Shown here: piece after piece, positions 44,501-50,470 of the stretch
How positions within the stretch are numbered: the first letter of the stretch is position 1
Layout of the letters: each line of letters starts with the position of its first letter
Virus record (IMG/VR): IMGVR_UViG_3300020123_000124
Span: 1-50,470 of that record
Reading direction: 5' to 3' (one strand)
Origin: a virus
Lineage: Duplodnaviria; Caudoviricetes
Length of the DNA: 50,470 nucleotides
Notes under the pieces: model-generated
Databases searched by the model: none
Seen by the model: the letters and a program-made list of their open reading frames with translations, nothing else
What the model was told of the DNA's origin: nothing
Translations under genes and position numbers: made by a program

Positions 44501-45566
44501 CTACTGCACCGTCTCTGACGCGCTGGACGCGCTCGTGCAGGCGGCGAGCGCATCAGGTATTCCCCACTACTGGCAAATCAACCCGGACAAGAGCCTGGAT
44601 TTCGTGCCATACACGGCGATTGTCGGGCCGACGGTAGACGGAACAACCATTGATGATGGTCGAGCGTCAGGCGTCGTGCCGAAAGTCTCACCCGGTAATA
44701 TCAAGTATCGCAACACGCAGTATGCCGTGGGGGGCGTAGCGCAGACGCCTTTAAACGATGAGACGGTGCAAGGCGACGGGCAGACACGCGCCTTTCCCTT
44801 CAAGTATGACCTTGCTCAAGCGCCCTCACTCTTCCAACTCAACGGCGTCACCAAGACGCTCGGCACCAAAGGGCAGACCGGCTTTCAATACTACTGGGCG
44901 CAAGGCGACAAGGTCATCGCGCAGGATAGCAGTCAAACCATCCTCGTCTCGACTGATCGCTTGCACATGCAATACATCGGGCAGTACCCATCCGTGTTTA
45001 CCGCGCAAAACGCGGCGCAGGTCGCGGCGCAGGCGGCGCTCGACGGCTCATCAGGCATCAATGAAGCGGTGCTCGAAGACAAGACCATCGCCAATGCCAA
45101 TGATGGCAATGCGAAGACCAATCAACAACTCACGCAGTACGGGATACCAGGCGAACGCTTCCAGTTTGCAACCCTGGATGCGGGGTATGCGGCCGGGCAA
45201 CTGATCACCGTTATCTACCCACCGCTTGGCTTTGGCACGATCGCTACCTTCACGACTAACTCGTATGTGCCGCGCGCCTTTGGCAGCACGCTCCTCAATG
45301 TGCCAATCCAGAACACCGTCATAAGCGGAGCCGTGCAGATGCTGGTGGAAGAGGTGGACACCAGCGACCAGGCCGATAGCAACAATATGTGGAATACGGT
45401 CAATGCCGTGGTGGGGCCATATGACACGACCTGGGTTGAGTTCTTCGGCAATCTCTTTAACAAGCCGACGACCATCGCCAATTCAATCAGCCTGGGTGTG
45501 ACGCTCAACGTGCCACTGGCGCCGTCAACCACCCTGGCACCGTCAACCACCCTGGCGCCAGGCTAG
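41559..45566 (+). CDS. Baseplate hub/Tal-like protein with N-terminal clan-A glycoside hydrolase, phosphoesterase and two BACON domains
   Basis: EVGNEE and WITEWG; ENHSY, HPSLGNY, HHNPW, WWDE; SWL.VSP..G; hub region from ~44121. Confidence 0.8.
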   Translation: MALRSNPYGVTTALRTAKKKIDPQLITDFVTLGLGWVRIMILWTSIELSPGVYDPGALDVLDDAVNRCTNAGLHVQFPIQQAPAWHLVAADCDPSSNTHHMMDPTAAATFASFLSNRYNGVTNIPGYGPLTIDAFEVGNEEFDVYFCQGQPVTVAGQTCRTPNWFIPVLKAVSPVIRANAPNALVGMCALWWQYSPHRTSFMQALYDNGCKNLFDYANAHMYTSPVAPGTNTSSTQLSMTGQINEIYNVMAANGDGNKNIWITEWGVPVPTDMSDAARVTYYNAAFDIMRTSGHVGVTDFYTMNYTDPLVNAATQTFSLTQFNAPHYTATFTGVQNYIAAHPTWPSGGGGGGGGGGGSVVVPHVCVVALENHSYNDSTAKYVLGNPNFPHVNALATANGYATHFDGLTHPSLGNYIGFACGDTHGIVTDTVNPATNPIAGNTLVDSLAAANIAWKHYAENLPSTGYLGGDSGGYVQHHNPWVYFTSVRGSSAQNGNIVNYSDASVGLAHDLNNGVAPPFFFVQPNNTNNGHSGTDTQCDNWVNTFVTLVQASSWYTLNNGQIVLWWDESNPDTDTAGIGDATPGGGHCMFIVINAQNSGATYTTNVNTYGFLKALEELYSLPQLGNSAHTTNGDPSALFEAAPASAIAASQTALSYAGVAGDAAPTAQTDTISNSGGSAAAYTTASSQSWLTVSPTSGTIAANSSIISTISASPTSLSAGTYSGTITYTGPANAVVVTVTFTVSATASNLQITASPLALVFSDVIGGSDPATQSLTLINVNSSDASYSITSSASWLSVSPGVGVVPAGGTTPLTVSVTSGGLSTGFYSGVLTYVTSGGTGVVGASFAVTTDASHLAIAGTLQINNTIGKRSTASFSALTDTSLHFQQYQQVQIYDPKNVLVFSGYVFDAPAHQPGFQNTLVHEITCIDQHYLADKRIVAQLYRNNTCGFIVNDIISNILSQEGVTVGLVALGATIPVANFGYCTVSDALDALVQAASASGIPHYWQINPDKSLDFVPYTAIVGPTVDGTTIDDGRASGVVPKVSPGNIKYRNTQYAVGGVAQTPLNDETVQGDGQTRAFPFKYDLAQAPSLFQLNGVTKTLGTKGQTGFQYYWAQGDKVIAQDSSQTILVSTDRLHMQYIGQYPSVFTAQNAAQVAAQAALDGSSGINEAVLEDKTIANANDGNAKTNQQLTQYGIPGERFQFATLDAGYAAGQLITVIYPPLGFGTIATFTTNSYVPRAFGSTLLNVPIQNTVISGAVQMLVEEVDTSDQADSNNMWNTVNAVVGPYDTTWVEFFGNLFNKPTTIANSISLGVTLNVPLAPSTTLAPSTTLAPG

Positions 45567-45581
45567 AAAGGAATCTGTCTC

Positions 45582-46202
45582 ATGACGTTTACAACATACG
45601 GAAACACGGGGCCATTCACGAACAATGTCGTGCCACCGGGCATTAATGCCACATTCTTGAACAATGTGGAAAACTTCTTAGATCAGATCATCAGTTCCGC
45701 CGTGGCAGACTCACACATCACCGCCGATGGCTCAGGCAACGAAACGGCGGTGAGTGTCACGCTGACCGCCTCCGGGACGGGCCTCACGGTGCAGCATAAC
45801 GCGCAAGTTTCAGGCAATATGACGATCTCAGGCACCGAAACGGTAGCGGGAGCAGCCACCTTCAACGGGTCAGGAACGGGCCTCACCGTGGCGCATAATG
45901 CCACGATCAACGGCACGCTCACAGCGCCGACCTATGGCGGCAACCCCACCTTTACCGGCAATGTCTCGCTCAATGGCATCCTGAACTTGATCAATGGCTC
46001 GCTTTCGCGTATCGGCTTTGGCTTTAGCGCGATCACGACGGGCGGCACGGCCATCAATCATGGCCTGGGTGCCAGTCCGGTCGCGATCTTCCTCACGCCG
46101 AGCGCCAACGTCAATGCCTGGGTCAGCTCAACGGTGACATCATCGATCTTCACGGCGTTTGTCTCGAGCAATAACAACTGCTGGTGGCTGGCTATCGCAT
46201 GA
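45582..46202 (+). CDS. Putative receptor-binding/tail fibre protein
   Basis: N-terminal P.INATFLNNVE anchor; beta repeats; C-terminal NHGLG..P domain. Confidence 0.65.
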   Translation: MTFTTYGNTGPFTNNVVPPGINATFLNNVENFLDQIISSAVADSHITADGSGNETAVSVTLTASGTGLTVQHNAQVSGNMTISGTETVAGAATFNGSGTGLTVAHNATINGTLTAPTYGGNPTFTGNVSLNGILNLINGSLSRIGFGFSAITTGGTAINHGLGASPVAIFLTPSANVNAWVSSTVTSSIFTAFVSSNNNCWWLAIA

Positions 46203-46216
46203 GGAGGGAAGAAGGC

Positions 46217-46768
46217 ATGGACAGTCAGGATATTCGCCCCATACCAGACCCGACGGTGCTCACCACCGAGGCAAGTAACCGCCTGGAAACCATGCTGCGC
46301 ACCCTGATCAAGACGGAGATCGAGCACCAGCACGACCTGTTTACCGAGAAGTTCACGCGCATTATCACGCAGTTCGCCATGCTTGAGGACAGGACGGCCG
46401 AGCAGAAAAGAGACGTCAAAGACGCACTGGATGCGGCATTGGCAGCCCAAAAGGAGGCGGCGGCTTTGCAAACGACGAGTTTAGAGAAGAATATCGCCAA
46501 ATCGGAGACGGCGACCAACGAGCGCATCAAAAGCGTTGAGAACGCGCTGTCCACCTCGACCAAGGCCAGTGACGACAAGATAGGCGACTTGAAAGATCGG
46601 GTCGTGGCCATCGAAGCGGTGAAACTCGGCAACGTCGAAGCGGTGACAGCAAGCCGCGCCGGTGGCGTCGACGCACGCGGCAACATGGCGGCCATCATGA
46701 GCATCATCATGGCCATCATCGCCGTCGCCAGCATCATTATCGCCATTATCGTCGTAACGAAACCATAG
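46217..46768 (+). CDS. Coiled-coil protein with C-terminal TM anchor
   Basis: PIPDPTVLTT..ALDAALAAQKE..DLKDR; hydrophobic C-terminus. Confidence 0.75.
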   Translation: MDSQDIRPIPDPTVLTTEASNRLETMLRTLIKTEIEHQHDLFTEKFTRIITQFAMLEDRTAEQKRDVKDALDAALAAQKEAAALQTTSLEKNIAKSETATNERIKSVENALSTSTKASDDKIGDLKDRVVAIEAVKLGNVEAVTASRAGGVDARGNMAAIMSIIMAIIAVASIIIAIIVVTKP

Positions 46769-46784
46769 AAAGGAACACAAGAAC

Positions 46785-47201
46785 ATGGCAGGCAAAGCAA
46801 CCTACCTGGAAGATCAAGTGCTGAACTACATGAAGGGGACGACCTTTGTAGCCCCCACCACGAATGTCTATGTCGCATTGTTTACCACAGCGCCCGCCGA
46901 TGACGGTACAGGCTACGTGGAGGTGTCGGGCGGCTCCTATGCGCGCGTGCTCATGGCACGCTCAACCGCATGGTCGGCCATCACCGGCGGCACCTCGCCG
47001 CACCAGATCAGCAATAACGGCGTGCTGACCTTCCCAACGCCCACTGTCTCATGGGGGACGGTCGTCGCGGTGGGCATCTTCGATCTCGTGACGCTCAACG
47101 CTGGCAACCTCTTGTACTGGAATACCATCACGTCCCAGGCAATCGGAATTGGGGTCGTGGCAAGTTTTGCCATAGGAGCGCTTGTGATATCTGAGGACTA
47201 G
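46785..47201 (+). CDS. Minor tail protein (actinophage-type fibre-associated family)
   Basis: YVALFTT.P...EVSGGSYAR..FP.....WGTV...GIFD..GNLL. Confidence 0.75.
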   Translation: MAGKATYLEDQVLNYMKGTTFVAPTTNVYVALFTTAPADDGTGYVEVSGGSYARVLMARSTAWSAITGGTSPHQISNNGVLTFPTPTVSWGTVVAVGIFDLVTLNAGNLLYWNTITSQAIGIGVVASFAIGALVISED

Positions 47202-47254
47202 TTGACGTATCTTACACAATGTGATATACTATACCAATAGGAGGCATATCACAT
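47202..47254 (+). promoter_or_regulatory. Promoter and RBS-sequestering hairpin of the second HNH gene
   Basis: TTGACG-17 nt-TATACT; ATGTGATAT(47219-47227)/ATATCACAT(47246-47254). Confidence 0.75.
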
Positions 47255-48044
47255 GAAAAAGATGAGTCAAGAGATCGAGTTGAAGATTGTTCAACTGTAT
47301 CAAGATGGAGCGCGTCCAACGTATATTGCGAAAGACCTGAATGTAAGTGAAAACACAGTTCAGAGGGTGCTTGACAGAAATGGAATAGCCCGACGTGGCC
47401 CTGTACAGCGTCGGATGAAGCCTCATCTACAGGCCAGCATTTGCGAAAGGTATGCAGCGGGAGAAAGCGTCAAACTTTTAGCAAAGGATTTTGATGTATC
47501 AGTCTTCACTATAAGGGATATCGTGAAATCAAATGGTGGAGAAATCAATCCTAGAGGACAGCAATACAGGAGGTTTACTAACGATGAGCTTGAAACTATG
47601 AGACAAATGCGCGATCAAGGAGCTAGCCAGACGGCTATTGCGACAACTCTCAACACAAGCCAAATCGTTGTTAGCCGTGTCATGAAAGAAAATGGGATAG
47701 TACCCAATCAGGTTGGACATGCCACAGGTTCGAAACATGCTTCATGGAGAGGCGGGAGACATATTACTCAGAGTGGTTACTATGAGATATGGCTTGACCC
47801 GAAAGACCCAATGGCTCCATTTATGCGTAATCGTATGGGCTACGTGCTTGAACATCGCTTAGTCCTGGCAAGAAAGTTAGGCAGACCCTTGAAGAAATCT
47901 GAGACTGTTCATCATATCAATGGAGATAAGTTGGATAATCGCTCAGAAAACCTACAGTTACGACAAGGAAGGCATGGCAATGGTGAAGTCTATTGCTGTG
48001 CTGACTGTGGTTCACGAAATATTGTGCAATGTGAAATCGAGTAG
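47253..48044 (+). CDS. HNH homing endonuclease with three HTH repeats
   Basis: WRGG..YVLEHRLV...LGRPL...E.VHHINGDKLDNR.ENL. Confidence 0.9.
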   Translation: MKKMSQEIELKIVQLYQDGARPTYIAKDLNVSENTVQRVLDRNGIARRGPVQRRMKPHLQASICERYAAGESVKLLAKDFDVSVFTIRDIVKSNGGEINPRGQQYRRFTNDELETMRQMRDQGASQTAIATTLNTSQIVVSRVMKENGIVPNQVGHATGSKHASWRGGRHITQSGYYEIWLDPKDPMAPFMRNRMGYVLEHRLVLARKLGRPLKKSETVHHINGDKLDNRSENLQLRQGRHGNGEVYCCADCGSRNIVQCEIE

Positions 48045-48134
48045 TTTTTAGAATTGTACGCTTAGTATCTTTTGCCTAGTGCCTGGGCAGTTCGCTGTTC
48101 AGACATTAGGCCAAGGGTGATTAGGAGAAACAAC

Positions 48135-48800
48135 ATGGCGGTAGGAAGTACCCCAAGAGACTCAGGTAATATCCCTCTCGGATGTGTACTCGTTCCTGGC
48201 GACAACACACCGCAAGCCCTGCAAGGAGGGGCAGAATTCACCGATGCTGGCGGCAACGTCTCAGCACCGGCCAGGGTGGAGATCACACCTGGCTCAAAGA
48301 AGACCTACACCTATACCATTTCGGCAACGGCCCCGTATGCCACGCCGACTGATTGGGTGGTGCTGCGTGGGTCAGCCACCACGCTCGTCAAAGTCGTGCA
48401 TATTGAATACTCAGGGGTCGCGACGGCGGCAACGGCGGGCAATATCATTCTGATCAAGAAGCACACGATAGCCAATACAGGTGGCACCAGTACGACCCCT
48501 GCGTTCATCAAGCATGATAGCAATGATGCTGCGGGAACGGCGGTGATCTTGCTCTACTCGGTGGCTCCCACCATTGACGGTACGGCGGTCATCTGGAAGA
48601 CGGTCAGACTGACGTATGGACTGGTCGCGGCGGCGGCTGGCACATGGGCGCAAGACCGCTACGTGTGGGATCATAGCAGTTCGCCATTTGAACCGATGAC
48701 CTTGCGTGGTGTCGCTCAAGAACTGGCGTTCAACTTTAATAGTGTGGCTATCCCATCGGGCGGCGTGTATGACCTGTCCGTGACATGGACTGAGGAATAG
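48135..48800 (+). CDS. Putative virion structural protein
   Basis: SD AGGAG before MAVGSTP; T/A/G-rich beta protein ending WTEE. Confidence 0.7.
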   Translation: MAVGSTPRDSGNIPLGCVLVPGDNTPQALQGGAEFTDAGGNVSAPARVEITPGSKKTYTYTISATAPYATPTDWVVLRGSATTLVKVVHIEYSGVATAATAGNIILIKKHTIANTGGTSTTPAFIKHDSNDAAGTAVILLYSVAPTIDGTAVIWKTVRLTYGLVAAAAGTWAQDRYVWDHSSSPFEPMTLRGVAQELAFNFNSVAIPSGGVYDLSVTWTEE

Positions 48801-48823
48801 CAGAGCTTTAATCAGGATAAGGC

Positions 48824-50470
48824 ATGAGCTATCAAAGCACTATCCTTGCTGACAGCCCTATCCGGTACTACCGTCTCGGTGAGTCATCCGGGACGGTAGC
48901 GACTGATATCGGGAGCCAGGTGCAAAACGGCACGCTCTCCGGCACGATCACGCTCTCGCAACCAGGCTTGCTTGTTGGTGACGCGAATACTTCTATGCTT
49001 TTCGGCGGCGGCTCTATCGCGCTCCCCACGACGGGGATGCCAACGAACGCAGTTCCCTGGTCAGCAGAAGCATGGGTAACGCTGACCGCTGCCGACTCCG
49101 TGTACCGGTCTGTCCTGACATTTGGCACGTTTACAGGCACTCCGCATTCTGGTATACGGTTTGACTACGGTGGCGGGTTCGGGAATGCCTTTGCTCTCAC
49201 AAATGTCAATTACTCCTTTAGTATCCTGAGTGGCGCCCTGACTGCTGGCACCACGTATCATCTGGTGGGAACCTATGACGGGACGACGGTAACATTCTTT
49301 GTGAATGGGACATCTGTTGGAACGCAGGTCGTCACCCTTACGCTTGGAACTGCTCTTTGCAACATAGGCACAAACGAGGCAGGCAACGCCTGGGCTGGTG
49401 TCATTGACGAGGTCTCCTTTTACAGCACAACGCTCTCAACCGGGCAAGTCGCCGCGCACTACACGGCTGGCACAACAGCCCCTGTCATCCTGACACCGCG
49501 TTTCATCGGGCGTGCATTGGGTGCAACCATCATTCCTGAGCCGATCAAACAGCCGCTCCCCTATATCAGGCGTGCGTTCGGCTCAACCATTATCTACGAG
49601 AACCGGACGTTTGTCCCGCGTGCGTTGGGTGGGGTCTACATGCCTGATACGGTGATGTGGGTGCCGCGCGCACTGGTCAGCACAGAGCAATTCGCGCTCT
49701 TGCGTAGCCTCACGCTTGCAGGCGTTGGGACACTCACGCCAACGCTTTCAGCAAATACCGCGCTCAGTAGTACCCTCGCGGGCGTCGGCACACTTGCAGA
49801 AACGTTGACGCTGGCTACCGCGCTTTCTGATACCCTCGCGGGCGTCGGCACACTCACCGGGACGCTCACCCTTGCGACAGCCCTCAGTACGACGATAGCA
49901 GGCGTTGGGACGCTTTCAGGAACGCTTTCAGCCAATACCGCACTCTCCACAACGGATGCAGGGGTAGGAACGCTCTCAGGAACACTGTCAGCGAACACGG
50001 CGCTTGCAGCGCAGCTTGCCGGTACAGGTACACTCACCGGATCACTTTTTGCGGTAAGTCAGCCACTTCCCTACATCGGGCGCGGGCTGCTTTCAACCAT
50101 CGTCTACGAGCAACGGACATTCATTCCGCGCGCCATAGCGGGAACCTACATTCCTGATACGATCTTGCCGGTGCCGCGTGCGCTGCTCAGTACGATACAG
50201 GCGACGGTCGGGCTTTCTTGCACGCTGGTCGGGGTTGGCACCCTCACAGGAGTCCTATCAGGTCCAGGAGTTCTTACATGTACGATGGCCGGGGTTGGAA
50301 CGCTCACCGAAACACTCTCACTGGCAACAAGCCTGACTGATACTCTGGCGGGCGTTGGCACCCTCACAGCGACGCTCTCACTTGCCACAGCCCTGACCGA
50401 AACGAATACAGGCATAGGCCAGCTTTCAGGTACCCTTGCAGCGAACACCGCCCTGAGTTTGAGTATGGCA
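48824..50470 (+). CDS. Tail fibre-like protein: LamG domain plus 20-aa GVGTL repeats; continues to 412 (about 643 aa); missing from ORF track
   Basis: Manual translation is open to the contig end; N-terminus MSYQSTILADSPIRYYRLGESSG is paralogous to 39244. Confidence 0.85.
   Translation, partial: MSYQSTILADSPIRYYRLGESSGTVATDIGSQVQNGTLSGTITLSQPGLLVGDANTSMLFGGGSIALPTTGMPTNAVPWSAEAWVTLTAADSVYRSVLTFGTFTGTPHSGIRFDYGGGFGNAFALTNVNYSFSILSGALTAGTTYHLVGTYDGTTVTFFVNGTSVGTQVVTLTLGTALCNIGTNEAGNAWAGVIDEVSFYSTTLSTGQVAAHYTAGTTAPVILTPRFIGRALGATIIPEPIKQPLPYIRRAFGSTIIYENRTFVPRALGGVYMPDTVMWVPRALVSTEQFALLRSLTLAGVGTLTPTLSANTALSSTLAGVGTLAETLTLATALSDTLAGVGTLTGTLTLATALSTTIAGVGTLSGTLSANTALSTTDAGVGTLSGTLSANTALAAQLAGTGTLTGSLFAVSQPLPYIGRGLLSTIVYEQRTFIPRAIAGTYIPDTILPVPRALLSTIQATVGLSCTLVGVGTLTGVLSGPGVLTCTMAGVGTLTETLSLATSLTDTLAGVGTLTATLSLATALTETNTGIGQLSGTLAANTALSLSMA
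50344..50470. repeat. Terminal direct repeat, copy 2 (circular assembly overlap)
   Basis: Identical to 1-127. Confidence 0.95.

Noticed and set aside
49550-50194. Diversity-generating retroelement TR/VR pair
   Set aside because: No reverse transcriptase in the genome; both copies are in frame in one gene and differences are not adenine-specific
36751-50448. Many minus-strand and alternative-frame ORFs across the tail module
   Set aside because: Shadows of GC-rich structural genes, without RBS or plausible composition
1-50470. Stop-codon reassignment
   Set aside because: Core genes are full length in the standard code and end in TAG, TGA and TAA

Overview
The window looks like a complete ~50.3 kb temperate siphophage genome assembled as a circle: bases 1-127 equal bases 50344-50470, and one tail gene runs across that junction. 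Gene order: lysis (DUF1906/LGFP endolysin, holin); a leftward early/accessory arm (membrane-protein cluster, GIY-YIG nuclease, DnaC-like loader, replication initiator with iterons, DNA methyltransferase, Xis-like HTH); tyrosine recombinase; divergent promoter pair; Rad52/Sak-like recombinase; then the late operon (TerS, TerL, HK97 portal, protease and capsid, head-tail genes, tail tube, chaperones, tape measure, very large multi-domain tail-tip proteins, two HNH endonucleases). The host is inferred, not shown, to be a monoderm Chloroflexota bacterium, probably Ktedonobacteria. Most striking unannotated signals: (1) a canonical -1 frameshift cassette (C CCA AAA plus an 11-bp hairpin) joining a 4-TM membrane protein to a Pro-rich, basic extension whose DNA carries a motif array; (2) an antisense HNH cassette sitting in codon 3 of the tape-measure gene and apparently supplying a replacement SD plus ATT start inside its own promoter; (3) an antisense tRNA-like RNA with its own promoter at the tail-tube stop codon; (4) a ~270-nt structured late-leader RNA with a possible kissing-loop interaction; (5) an SD-sequestering capsid leader; (6) a baseplate hub fused behind glycoside hydrolase, phosphoesterase and BACON domains. 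All calls come from reading the sequence by eye; no searches or folding programs were run.
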